A DNA stretch of 64,000 nt from Octopus bimaculoides. Taxonomy: Eukaryota. Shown piece after piece: positions 1 through 13,458 of the stretch; position 1 is the first letter of the stretch, and every line of letters starts with the position of its first letter. The stretch is taken from assembly GCF_001194135.2 (NCBI RefSeq), contig NC_068984.1:67686103-67750102 (forward strand). Reading direction: 5' to 3'. A program made the translations under genes and the position numbers. The notes below the pieces were generated by a model. That model worked only from the letters and a program-made list of their open reading frames with translations, was not told the origin of the DNA and ran no database searches.

Positions 1-59
1 CTTTTTTCAACTAACAGTGAAATATGATAAATCATGACACTTCTTCAACAAACTCTTTA

Positions 60-400
60 AAAGAATCCAATCACAATGATGAATAAGGAGTGTCCCGATT
101 GATATTTTCACTATGGTATATTAGTGAAGGACAATATTCATGACAACCGTTTGATGTTACAGATGGAACGCAGTAGCTGTGAAGCAGGTAAAATAGTGAG
201 AACTTGATCTTTTTCAAGCAGAATTCGAAAGTTTGTGTCAGTGCTGGCGGAATTGCATAGATTTGTGGATAGAGACTACATTAAGTTGTAGCTTTGTTTA
301 GAAAAGCAATTACTCTACCAATATGAGTAACTTAAAGACCTATGTGAGCTAATAGAAATTTTCAATTCTTTCTCTTTAACTCTCATATATTTTTTGAAAC
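60..400 (-). pseudogene. possible highly degraded hAT transposase C-terminal (dimerisation) fragment
   Basis: Minus strand reads VLTILPAS then, after a frameshift, TATA...KRLS, loosely like hAT LTILPVSTATAERSFS...RLS. A GCAACCCCTA end-like motif lies at ~556-565. Multiple stops. Confidence 0.2.
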
Positions 401-590
401 AATCCCTAAGCTATAATTTTTCTATATATGTCAATCTACAGACACACAAAGTAAACATCGATTCCCAACATTTGCGGAAGTTCTGAAAGACTTTTGATGA
501 CTAATCCCAATTACCTACTTAATATATACTTAATATATTATGCTGGAAAATTTTAGCAACCCCTAGCATCAACAACTGTAAAAGAAAAAA

Positions 591-824
591 AAAGTTACAC
601 CGTGTGTACACTAATTGCGCCTATTCTGTCTATTCAATCCTCTTTTTTTCCATTATGTGTCCTATATTTTTTTTAATATGAAATTTGTTAGTCGTTCGAT
701 TGAGAGGGAACTTTCTCATCAACCTAAACAAATATTTTAACTTTTGTAGCAATTGAAATTCAATTTTTTAAAAGCGATACTCTAACAACCATAAAATACT
801 TCTGTCAGCGAAGAGATAAACAAT
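591..824 (+). repeat. direct repeat copy 1 (~234 bp)
   Basis: AAAGTTACACCGTGTG...GAGATAAACAAT matches 2895-3129 with only a few substitutions and T-run length changes. Confidence 0.9.
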
Positions 825-1457
825 AATGTCTCCTAGTATATTACTAAAACTTGAAACCATAACTACTTGCAATAACACTAGAACATATGTGGAAAGAATT
901 TACGTGTTTTTTCCCTCGTTTTCCTCCAACATACCATGTTTAACTCTTTTTACAGTTAATTAACATTTGTTTGCTAAATCAAAACACATTCAAAAGTATG
1001 CTCATTGTTGGTCTTTGATAACCAAAGGATACTGTCACGCCCTATCATGCCAATATAATCTACCGCCATTTAAAGTGAATACGTTACGTAAAATGCAAAG
1101 GAAGCTGTGCATGTCTTTAATCTTTTATATAATGAAGTTGGGAATCGTTGCAAAACTATAATTAATTACAGATTAGTTCCTGCTGATCTTTTGATTTTAA
1201 TTAAAACTCTATAGTCAAAAAGTATAAAGGCTATCATACTTTTCTGTCATAAGCCCTTAACCGCGTTACAAGAAAGTGAAGATACTCAAAGTGAAACTTA
1301 AATGTTTGATTAATATTTTATGTATATCTGCATATTATTTAAATTTCTGTTCTTTTATGCACGTAGATATTTACAGGTTCCCACAATCTCTCTCTCGCTT
1401 TTTCTCTTTCCGTTTCTCTCTCTCACTCGCGCGTGCGCACACCTCAACGTACAAAAC

Positions 1458-1538
1458 NNNNNNNNNNNNNNNNNNNNNNNNNNNNNNNNNNNNNNNNNNN
1501 NNNNNNNNNNNNNNNNNNNNNNNNNNNNNNNNNNNNNN
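1458..1538. other. assembly gap (N run)
   Basis: Run of Ns. Confidence 0.99.
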
Positions 1539-2894
1539 TATGACACTAATATAAGAAAATTTATAGTTGTAACCTAAATTTACAACTAAGTAACACACGG
1601 TTTGTTATGATTAACTAAAAGCAATTGTACGATGTGATCCGGCATGGGTACAGTACTATATTGATGACGTAAAAGTGTCAAGGACTAAAAGAATACACTC
1701 TCTCTCTCTCACTCGCGCGTGCGCACACCTCAACGTACAAAACGTAAAAAAAATTGTGCCTCTTAAATTGTTTTGCAACGCACAACTGCATTCAAACTAG
1801 TGAGCGTATTTTTAGTTAGGATAAAATCCTCATGAGACGTACACTCCAAAAACATTTTACTACGTAACCAGCTTTCATCTCTCGCTAACCAGTTAAAACA
1901 TTACACATTTCAAGGAATATTTCTGGTAATAAACATTTGAAGGTTACTGAAATTGTCTTTGTTTGAGAAAAAAAAGATCGCTTACTGCTCATCTTCATTA
2001 TATTTTTCTTCTATATTAATGCTTTACATGCATATTTTAAAAAAATTACCATTGACTTAAATTTACTTGTGGTATAATATAATTTCTGAATACCAGTAAT
2101 GAGATAAACCGACATAACGAAACGAAAAGTATGATATATGACGTTGTTGAACTAAATTAGACTTTCAAATTATGCTTTACATTTTAAAGTATTACAAATA
2201 TAATGCAGCATACTAAACTAAATACGATTGAAAAGTGGCATTTTCCATGTGATACAAAAGTGGGAGACTGAAAACTATAGCATCTGAATGATATAAAATA
2301 AGTGTTTATACCAAATTCAAAAAAATTAAATACTCTAAAGCATTTTCATTTTTTTAGACTAATTTGATTTTTCAATCTCCACGCCTGTGGTGACGACAAG
2401 TTCTGTATAATTCAAGTACTCGAGTCAATTAACTCTATACTCCCAAACAAATACGTTGCCTTGTCCTTAAGTGCGAAAACAATATTATTTTGAATGTCGG
2501 CTACAGTATTGCACTTCGAAAACTATTTCATCTTTAGAAATCTTTAATTTTCAAAGGATTATAATTCGATGAATGCTTTTCAGGTGATAATTTAAAGATA
2601 ATTAGATATTTCTGCAATATATTATTTTTAAACCTACTAATTAAGTTTAAAATGCAATGCTGTTTCAAAAACTGCATTTTCTAGAATATCACTTTTAAAT
2701 AAAATCACACTTAATTTAAATATTTTCCACGTATTTTAATATTATTTTCGGTATCCTATGTGATTTTTGGATTATTTAGACTTCCAAGTTATAATTACTT
2801 AAAACGCAGCAGTGAAACATTTTCAAATGTAAAAGATCAATCGTAGTTGATGATAATGCCTTGATGATAGCTATTTTTAAGTATAATTAAAACT

Positions 2895-3129
2895 AAAGTT
2901 ACACCGTGTGTACACTAATTGCGCCTATTCTGTCTATTCAATCCTCTTTTTTTCCATTATGTGTCCTATATTTTTTTTAATATGAAATTTGTTATTTGTT
3001 CGATTGAGAGAGAACTTTCTCATCAACCTAAACAAATATTTTAACTTTTGTAGCAATTGAAATTCAATTTTTTAAAAGCGATACTCTAACAACCATAAAA
3101 TACTTCTGTCAGCCAAGAGATAAAACAAT
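2895..3129 (+). repeat. direct repeat copy 2 (~235 bp)
   Basis: Near-identical to 591-824. Confidence 0.9.
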
Positions 3130-3919
3130 GCTTTAAGTGAAAAGAGTGATTAGTCTATTTATCCAGGTTTTCTTTTATTGTTTTAGTCTGGAGGAAACTG
3201 CTGTTAACATGACTTTCGTGCGTTCGATTATATTGAAGCTGTTGAAGAGTTTCAAATAGACAGCTGTAGGAGAACGTGTGCAGGGAGGTGATGCCAGAGG
3301 TTTTACTTCTTGCAAAGAAAGGATTTAGCGTAGAGATTATTACAGAAAATCGGTAGTGGCTGTAGTGGAAACAAAATCCATTTTAAGAATTTCTATATAA
3401 TGATCGGAGAATAAAATACATACTGTATCCTGTTATCCTCTCTACTTCATACGTTGCAAGTACTGTCAAACTGGACAAAATAATTTACTAGCAAAACATT
3501 TCAAATAATCAGGAATTTCCATATTTTTTTTTTAAAGACAACCCCATCTTATTGTTATTGAAGACAATGCATACAGGCCATAAAGCTCTGAAACATCATT
3601 TTCTTTGAATCTGTGTATCGAAACTGAAAGAAACTAGACAGATAGTCAGATAATGACTCAAATAGAATAGATCGTGCGATGTGGATTAAATAGACTACAG
3701 GAGACACATATCTCACCTTACGCGTAGACGTTTACGGATCAGTTATGTAATATTGAATTATCACTTATCCTTATTTCACATATTACTATATACGAAGTTT
3801 CTAAAATAGGATGTAAAATATTAAACGTATCTTAAAATATACGAAGTATTTCTTCTTATGTATTTTTAGTTAAAATTAATTAATTTAAAATTCTTCAATA
3901 ATTATGTTAATGTGTTTAA

Positions 3920-4150
3920 TAGAAGATAAGGCAAGATTCGTGAGTAATCAAGGATTTCATTGCACAAGATTCATACTTTGACAAGCGATAGATGTAGGAG
4001 AAGAGGAAATGGGATTGTGTAGCATATATATTTGGCTCTAGCTCACTAGAGTTAGTGACACATATCAAGGAAATGGCTGCACCAAATTATTGTCAAAGAT
4101 TCGGTTCACTAGAAACTGACCAATAGCTCGAGACATTCCTAATATTATAA
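3920..4150 (-). pseudogene. possible ancient CR1/L2-type LINE reverse-transcriptase relic
   Basis: Minus-strand fragments ECLELL..ESLTII and PIS..TSIACQSM resemble the LINE motifs ECA.ELA.PLTIIF and RPISLTSI.CK.ME. Frames are broken. Confidence 0.25.
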
Positions 4151-5769
4151 TCACATTATATTGATTGATTCAAGAATTTCATTTAGGGAAAAAGGAATAT
4201 GTAATAGAAGTATGCAAATGAAAAGCTAACCTCATGACCCTGTTTTCATATCCGGTATATCTATTTCACTTAAGTGAATACCATCGAATGGAATAGCTTA
4301 ATAGTTATGAAATCCTATTTCTATTGCAGTCTAGATATGGGCCCTTGTATCTATACAATAACATATCAGATGTGTTGAGAGTCATTGAATAGAAATTATC
4401 TCTGGTATATTACGGGCTGTAAGATAGTTTCTCATCTAGATAGATAATTGATGTTCCTATTCACGCTTTCCACCAATGGAACAAAACAAATCTCATAAAC
4501 TGCCAAGCTTTATCTAAGATTTTATATCATAATAAAAATGTGTCGATCAACGCTTACTGGAATGAAAGAAAAAATAGAAATGGATATAACTAAAACAAAA
4601 AAGACCAACCATATTTGGTAATTTATCACTCATCGTTAAAGATTCATATAGTGGAAGTAAACATTCTTGTTTAAAACTGTAATTTCATTAAAAAATCACT
4701 TGCATGTCTTTTTTGTATTAACACAAAGTGGATAAAAGGACGAAAGAACGAAGCATTTAATTGCTATAGGTGTTTCACATCCGAGATAGTTGATTTTTCT
4801 GAAACAATACATCAAAGTTGCATTACTGAAAGCCTTGAAAAAGATCCTAAAATTATTCTTAGGAAAGCTAGAAAACTCTGAATTGCTACAAATGGAATAT
4901 CTGGGCATATTAGTTTTTGCATTTGGCTAATAAATGAACAACATCTCAAAGAATAGCATTTTTTAGTAGCAAAGAATGCAAGTAGGATGCAAGTATTTTT
5001 ATAGCTATGACGCAAAATGTTTTCAACTGAAATTTATCGTATTTTACAACTGTTGACATGCGATATATCGATGCTAACAAAATATAAAAATGTGAGTACA
5101 GAATGCACGAAACGGAACGCGATGATTCTGCGGGGAATATGATTCGTTTTCAGTGATTAATCATTCCCTATAGACTATTCGTTTCCAAATAGGCATGATG
5201 TTTGCTTCCATATAGAACGATACGATAGTTTAGAAATGTATTGACCGAAACTGACACGATATATTCCCATTAAATTGTATTGTATTGCGGTCAGACAAAA
5301 ACATTTCTGAATGTATTTACAAATTGTGAACACACATACACACATATTTTATATGTACAGAGTGTGTGTAAATATAATTATTCCTATGACTGAGTGCTCA
5401 TTTTCTTCTGTACGTACACGCGAATGTATTCATTGAATAAAATTACAACTTTGAAGTATCACTTGCGAAAAATATCAATAAATATACATTCTATGATCTA
5501 CGTAACGTATACAGAGATATTCTACAAGTGTTAACGCAAGAGAGCATACAGTATTTACCGGTACAGATGTGTAATTATGGAATGCCATACGATATAATGG
5601 AGTGATATCGGTTTCAAATTATTATGGGTAGTTAAAATATTGAATGTAAAATGTATGATAAAATTCCGTGAAAATGAAAGAGCACACAAACACAATATTA
5701 TACTTGTAATTCCGATAATCAGTATGAAAAGAACTCAACAAATGGAACTGGCAGGAAGGAAAAGGTGTA

Positions 5770-6209
5770 NNNNNNNNNNNNNNNNNNNNNNNNNNNNNNN
5801 NNNNNNNNNNNNNNNNNNNNNNNNNNNNNNNNNNNNNNNNNNNNNNNNNNNNNNNNNNNNNNNNNNNNNNNNNNNNNNNNNNNNNNNNNNNNNNNNNNNN
5901 NNNNNNNNNNNNNNNNNNNNNNNNNNNNNNNNNNNNNNNNNNNNNNNNNNNNNNNNNNNNNNNNNNNNNNNNNNNNNNNNNNNNNNNNNNNNNNNNNNNN
6001 NNNNNNNNNNNNNNNNNNNNNNNNNNNNNNNNNNNNNNNNNNNNNNNNNNNNNNNNNNNNNNNNNNNNNNNNNNNNNNNNNNNNNNNNNNNNNNNNNNNN
6101 NNNNNNNNNNNNNNNNNNNNNNNNNNNNNNNNNNNNNNNNNNNNNNNNNNNNNNNNNNNNNNNNNNNNNNNNNNNNNNNNNNNNNNNNNNNNNNNNNNNN
6201 NNNNNNNNN
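5770..6209. other. assembly gap abutting (TA)n
   Basis: Run of Ns followed by (TA)n. Confidence 0.99.
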
Positions 6210-6254
<45 letters not shown>

Positions 6255-7859
6255 TATATGCATACATATATACATACATATATATACATACATTCATACA
6301 TACATACACATATAAACACAAGCTCACACATAGACACATACAAATGTATAAATAAACCTGTAAAATTCTGCGTGTGTTTGTGTATGTGCAAGATCGTGAG
6401 AACGTGTTTAAAGCGAAAACATTGCGTTCTAAAGACCTATTACAACCATTTAGAAGCAAAATATATTGTTAATTCAAATTTTGATTTTTTTCTAGGGTTT
6501 CAAAACTTCTATAACACAAATGTGACCCTATTACCGATGTTGTCCACAGCACCCATGTGCAAATTAGTAAATGGTCAATTCTTAATGTTCAAGGCATATG
6601 AGTTTTTGTATTTATGTTTCTCAGTTCCGTCTCATGATTTCTTGGTTACGCTGTTATGTACAAAGTTACAACTTCGTAAATATCGTTCCTATAATTTAAC
6701 TTTGAAATTTTAATCTCTTTCCTATTGTTTTCTTTTTCTCACCAGTACGTTTAACTATTTTGCCAATGGTATGTTTAAAAAATATCTTTTAAATTCATAC
6801 AGGCTCATACAGGCTCATACACACACACACACACACACTACGCGTGCGCATACACATATTTTTGAAAGATATCACTTAAACTGCATCTGGTAGCAGGGCT
6901 CTGGTTGGGGAGTTCTAGGATTTCGAGGAGTATGGAACCACCACATAGCCTATATTATCCCTAGGTCAACTCAGACCTAGCGTAGTAATAGTACCTATGA
7001 GGGTTCCAAATATGGGTTAATTATTATATGAGATGATATTCTATCTTAAAGCGAAGAAGCAGAAATATCCTTACTTGGTATTAGGGTGTGCATTAAAATC
7101 ATAGGAAGTGAAGGACTGCTAGCTGTTCTCACAGCATACTTCTAGGAGTAGGACAGTCTGATGTAAAATTTGCAATGTCACGTGATTACCAGTTATCTTG
7201 CTTTGGCCTGTGTCTAAGTAATAACCTCGGAGATTCAGAGAGTGGTACTCTCTTTATTGTGATCTCATTCGCCATCCCATCTCCTGAAAATCCTATAGCG
7301 GTAGAAGGGTGATAATGTGAGCAGACCTCGCCGGTTTGAAGCGCACACTGAGTTACAATTTGCTATCACCTATGCTTCAAAGCATACAGACCTGCTCTGG
7401 GTTTGAATATTCATCTGAGAAGTCATGGATGGGATGTCTGAAATGCCATTGACGATGAAGTACAAAGAGATAGCAATCATTTGTTAAAGTAAGGCAATAA
7501 CCATATGTACATATACATAAATATGTACGTACAGGCATACATATACACACACGCACACACACATGCATACACACACACACACACACACACACATATAGGC
7601 AATCATGTTATGCTTTCTAGCATCTAATGTGCTGCACATATCCTGCACATGTCCTGCACATGTCCTGCACACCTTCGAAACTTTAAATCATGCACAGCTG
7701 AGCCGAATTGTTATTAACTATATATATATATTATTTGTGAATTAATTCTACCATTGATTTCATGTTAAGAAGAGTGAGAAAATATAGAAGTATCTTAGCA
7801 ATTTTTCAAGCCAATCACATGGAGAAATATGTTCGCTTCTCTCTCTCCATATATATATA

Positions 7860-8000
7860 TGGTCAAAAATATACGAAGAATCAACGACAGATGAACGAAC
7901 AACAAACAAGGTGTATTAGTTTAACGCTCACAAAAATATGGAAGACGTATTTCATGAACCTACGCTCTTCTACAAGGAGAAATGAAGACAGAAATTGTGT
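7860..8000 (-). mobile_element. Penelope-LTR-like repeat fragment with hammerhead-like relic
   Basis: Shares CAAG..TGTATTAGTTT..C.CTCA and a GCTCTTC motif with 35420-35520. Lies next to (TA)n. Confidence 0.35.
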
Positions 8001-8282
8001 AAGAAGTTCGTTGGGTGGATTGTGCTTATAATCCAAAAGAACAAGACTTGCCAAACGATGTGACGTGCTGATTCTAACTCGGAATTACATTAAGTGTACA
8101 GGCAACTGGGGAATGTCTAGCCACTTACATATAAATTCAGAAGCAGATTCTAAACGTGACTATGCAGCTGAAAGTCACATTTCACGCCAACAACACAACC
8201 ACCATAAGTAATATACTGTATATATATGTATATATAAAGAGAGACATTTACACACGCACACACTAATATATATATATATATA

Positions 8283-8626
8283 NNNNNNNNNNNNNNNNNN
8301 NNNNNNNNNNNNNNNNNNNNNNNNNNNNNNNNNNNNNNNNNNNNNNNNNNNNNNNNNNNNNNNNNNNNNNNNNNNNNNNNNNNNNNNNNNNNNNNNNNNN
8401 NNNNNNNNNNNNNNNNNNNNNNNNNNNNNNNNNNNNNNNNNNNNNNNNNNNNNNNNNNNNNNNNNNNNNNNNNNNNNNNNNNNNNNNNNNNNNNNNNNNN
8501 NNNNNNNNNNNNNNNNNNNNNNNNNNNNNNNNNNNNNNNNNNNNNNNNNNNNNNNNNNNNNNNNNNNNNNNNNNNNNNNNNNNNNNNNNNNNNNNNNNNN
8601 NNNNNNNNNNNNNNNNNNNNNNNNNN
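8283..8626. other. assembly gap within (TA)n/(CA)n microsatellite
   Basis: Run of Ns flanked by microsatellites. Confidence 0.99.
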
Positions 8627-8656
8627 ATACACACACATGTACACGCACACATGCAC

Positions 8657-8701
<45 letters not shown>

Positions 8702-11466
8702 TGTACACGCACACGTGCATATATATATATATATATAGATAGATAGATATATATAAATGTGTGTGTATAGCAGGTAACATGTTATTTATACGTTATATTT
8801 ATAGACTTTTATCGTAATTAAGTTAGTTGTATTGTTATCATTTCTTGCATATGATGTTTCAGAACTGACTCATATTATTTTGTTGGGAACCATGCTGACA
8901 GATAGTAAAGCAATATACACGTCTTGAAATCCCACTAACTGCTTTATTTGAGAAATGATGCGGGTGAGATAGCAATATTTCAGAATTTTGCAGCGCAATA
9001 ATACTTAACCCACATCATCTTTAATTTAACTTACTTTCTTATCTAACAACGTGCTGTTCCGCAATACAACATAATAATGCATTGTTAAAGTTTAGAATTA
9101 TTTACGTAGCTTCAACAAGAAATAAATCTGGTGTTATAATTAAACGTAGTGGGATAAACGATAATTGTAATTCTATACGCCACTACGCATTTGAATTAGG
9201 GATATGAAAGTTTCTGAAGTATTAGTTTATGTACTCTATGTCGTACTAATGTAATTTCGTCCCTGAAAATCTGTTCGTTTCTCTTCTGTTCAATAGCTTA
9301 TTGATATCATGCAGATGTAACTGCGATCTTCAGAAAGTGTTCAGTGTTCAAATTTGGTCTTTCATGTGTAAATCCATTAATTCTGTTTTAGTTTACTAAT
9401 AATTTGGATACGAGATAATGCGATCGCACATGTATGTATTGTTACTAATTCTCTCAGTTCTGATTTTATGTAAACAGATGCATGGTATTTCTTCAAACGA
9501 AATCTACATAGTAATATACTTATCATTGATTTAGAAATGGTGTATGTGCTGTAAGCCCCTGGCAGCATACTTCAATAGATATGTGTGTACAACATCATTA
9601 ATATTTACGTTAAGGTAGTATTAACATTTTATATCAATACTTGGTTCTGTTGCAACCCTCAGTAATTAGTTGTGTACTATACGCTTATACATTAATAGTT
9701 TAATAAATTCTTATACATATAATCGAGTCTCTAGTAATTTTTCTTAGTAAGAGGTATGAAAAATGAATATCATCACAGTTAGGTTTCAATCCTGGGAGAA
9801 ACTCATTATCTTACAGTCCAATTTTTTAGGTATCATGTTTTTTCACATTTTGATCATGGAATAAATATGCACATTATTATACTTATGCTTCAAATTATAT
9901 CCATGCCTCAAAGTGCTAATGGATTAGATACTTGCAACCCCATTGGTTTACGATTTAAAATATTGTGCTATTAGTTACAGACCAAACCTGAAGCAAAAGA
10001 AAGATAGGGCTACGTTTTATGCCCGAATGAAAAGAAATATTTACCTACTAGTAGATTAAATGTACTTTCCAATACATTATAAACTGCAGCTTACCTGAAA
10101 TATATAAGAAAATAATTAAGCTCAAAGTAATAAATCAAATAATTCAATAGATTATATGACTATAGCATTGAAAAATGTTATGATGTAATATTTTAAAATT
10201 ACTTCAATAAAATTATATCAAACTATTTAAATAATTTTTTACTGAATATGTAATGTAGTAATCATATATTGTAAGCTTACAATTTCCTTCGCATCTCTGA
10301 ATTTAACATATTGGAAAATATAATATCCCGAAGGATTGAAGATATCTTTATACTTGAAAGTTATTCAACATACAATAAAATATATTTTGGTCATACAACA
10401 TTCGGTCATACAATATATACTCTAAAATATGTTTTTAAAAACTTTGAGTTGCTTTCCTATATACCTGGGATTCATCGGTATTGTATCACCAAAGGTGTCT
10501 TGTCTTTGTAAAATATATTGGGAAAGCAAGATATGTTCATAATACAAAACCTAGGAATATAGAAGAATAAACATGAAATTTGTTGGATCATTCGATATAA
10601 GCTATTAGCAATGATTTACTTTCATGCAATAATTCCGGGCTACATTACAAATGTATAAAGAATCATATACTGCTGAAAAAGGGGACACGATAATGTGGGG
10701 TACATTGAAAGAATAGTTATTCTCTATGTTCCTCGCATACAATCAATAACAGTTGTTGTCATTTAAGGGAAATACTAGAAAGAAAACAGAAAAAAAAAGA
10801 ACTGCAAGAACTATCGGTAAATGACATAATTATGCGAGAAAATCTGCATGCTTGTATAGAGAATTTGTAAAAATATTTGAATTTCTAGAAAATATCAGTA
10901 AGAATACACTGATTAAATATCAGTTTCAGGCATTCTATAATGGAAGAATTCACCATTTTTCTGAATTCCATTTTTGTGAATTAGGCATTCGCAAGAAAAT
11001 CTGTGAATAGAAGCCAAGGTTTGTTGTAGATCTAGGCATGTTTATTCGCTGTCTACAAAGAAAGCCGCTATTGAATTTTTTCGGAAAATCATCACATGCG
11101 ATGACATCTGCAGCATTGGTTTGTAGAATCAATATAATAAACTTGCATTAATCGATAAGAATCACCAATCACGAGATTTGCGGATGCATACACATGTTTT
11201 TATCTCTGACACTTCTTTAAATAGCCATTCACATAGTTGCAAGTAGTGTTACCAAAACAAAAGCTTCGTGTATAGCAAATATACGTAAAACTGAATTCAG
11301 TGATTTCTTAGCAAAACTTTTGCTAATTTTACAGATAACGTTTTAAATATTGGTATCGGTGCTGTATGTATCTATATAATGTTGCTATATACTCATTCAA
11401 ATACAACTACAAATATATGTATATATGTGGATGTGTTGCTATATACTCATATAAATACAGATACAA

Positions 11467-11557
<91 letters not shown>

Positions 11558-11572
11558 TGTGTGTGTGTGTGT
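11467..11572. repeat. (AT)n(GT)n compound microsatellite
   Basis: Seen directly. Confidence 0.98.
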
Positions 11573-12141
11573 ATGTGTATCATTATAAACAAAGTTTAGA
11601 GGCGCTCGGTATGTTGGTATTTCACTGACAAGGAAGTAAATTTCGATTGCAGCATAGTTGTCAAAACTGACAAGATTGGGTATTTACAATTAGAAAACAA
11701 CAAAAAAGTTACCAGCAGGCGCCTGCGGTAAATCGGACACTGTATCTCTTGGATTCTGACTGCGTATTCCGTACCATACCTGTAAGCAGTCCTTTACAAC
11801 AATTACTGTCAATTTTACATAAATAAATACATATATACATACATACATAAACTACAATTCAGAACTATAAACCACATGTTTTTATTAAAGTTATTTAGAA
11901 ATTTAGCTCTGCATTCAAGTGGACTAAAGGGCACAATATATTTTACATGGGTAGTTTTTGTGTACTTTGAAATGTAAACGTTGTGTCTTTATCACATTAC
12001 AACACCTGATTTTCCATTTTTCCCTAGCATATCAACACGTCAAAACTATAAAGTCATTAATACATTTTCTTTCCTTCCCAGATTGTTTCAGAAAATATTC
12101 GACTGAATCGTATTCACCGTGATCGAGATTACATTTCCTGT

Positions 12142-13107
12142 ATGCCTAAAGCCATAAAGATCTCCGAAGTTGAGCAAAGGAAGATTCTGGTGCTGGAAGC
12201 AAGAGGAATGAGTAACTCGAAGATTGCCAAGAAGACTCAACCAAGCAGAACGCCAGTGGACAATTTTGTGAAAGGTCCTGATGGCTACAACAGTGTTCAT
12301 GCTGGTGGACATCCCAAGGTTAGATCAGATTTTTGGACGAAAGTGCCACAGTCAGAGCTGTACAGAAGTCACGCTGCTCTTGTTTCCAGAATCAAGGCAT
12401 CAGAAGGACTAGGAGCCTTGACATCCACCCTAAGAAGAGTGGTTTGGAACCATGGTTTCTATATGAAGAAGCAGCTAGGGCGTTCGTTAGTGTCCCCTTC
12501 TCACAAAGCTGTTAGATTGGAGTTTGCTCGGCAGCATCAGACGTAGGATGGTGAATGGATCAGGGTTCTGTTCTCTGAATGGATTTGGATGGCCTCGACA
12601 GTTCCAGGTATTGCTGGACAGATAAACGTATACAAAACTTTACTTGTTCAATGTGGCAGAACAGTGCGGGAGGTCTTATGGTGTGAGGAGCAATATCTTC
12701 CAATGGGAGGCCGCCACTTGTCATCATGGATGGCCAGTTAATGCTGCACGATATATTGATATGTTGGACAGGGCTCATATTGGAGAAGGAAGAAGGTTCC
12801 ATAGTGAGAACTTTATATTTCAATAGTACAATGCTCCTATTCATTTGTATTTCCCCCATGTAATTAGGGTTGAAGTCAAGCCATGGTTAGCAAGAAGTTC
12901 CGATCTAAATCCAATTTAGAATTCCTGGGGATATCTCACGAATGTTGTGTACAGCGAAGCCGAACAATATCCATCCGTTGATGAACTTCTAATGGCAATA
13001 AAAAAGGCTTGGAAAGAGTTTCCACTTCATCTGCTGCAAAAGTTGATTGAAAGCATAAAATCGTGTGCTTTGAAGTAATTCAGAAAGTTGGTGGTCAAAC
13101 ACGATGT
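12142..13107 (+). pseudogene. Tc3-like (Tc1/DD34E family) transposase pseudogene
   Basis: N-terminus MPKAIKISEVEQRKILVLEARGMSNSKIAKK (HTH), then HKAVRLEFA, RVLFSE..LDG, GGLMV*GAI, FIFQ*YNAPIH and WLARSSDLNPI*N.WG. These parallel C. elegans Tc3 motifs. Stops and frameshifts present; TIRs not clearly resolved (element roughly 11850-13290). Confidence 0.88.
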
Positions 13108-13413
13108 GGTTCTGGCTTTGTATGCCTTTTTGAATTATATTAAATTTTTTTTTTCAATTAATTTGAATATTGGAATGCTTTCTGCTATTCAATTTCGTAT
13201 CTGGAGATGAGTTTCATGAATTTGGGTAGTATAGTCCGCCAGAAAAAAAAATACAGACAATGCTCTGGCTTTATAGTCGTGAAGAACAGCTTACATACAT
13301 ACATACCTACTAAAAGCGTTTTAAAATGCTTCGAAACAATACTCGATATTGTTTGTCAAATTCTGTTCAATAATATATGTATGTATGTGTTTGTGTGTGT
13401 ATGTATGTATATA

Positions 13414-13458
<45 letters not shown>

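Noticed and set aside
1040-1110. Minus-strand TLNGGRLYWHD resembling an LDL-receptor YWTD repeat
   Set aside because: Stop follows within 2 codons, no splice support, and the short match is expected by chance.
1415-1743. Identical 43-bp segment on either side of the 1458-1538 gap (1415-1457 and 1701-1743)
   Set aside because: It ends exactly at a gap edge, so an assembly or haplotype overlap artefact is the most likely explanation.
3188-3290. Exon-like segment with good acceptor (HDFRAFDYIEAVEEF...)
   Set aside because: All three frames contain stops between acceptor and donor.
8129-8167. Minus-strand 39-nt segment with TTTCAG and GTAAGT ends
   Set aside because: Stops in all frames and no supporting neighbours; at most a non-coding exon.
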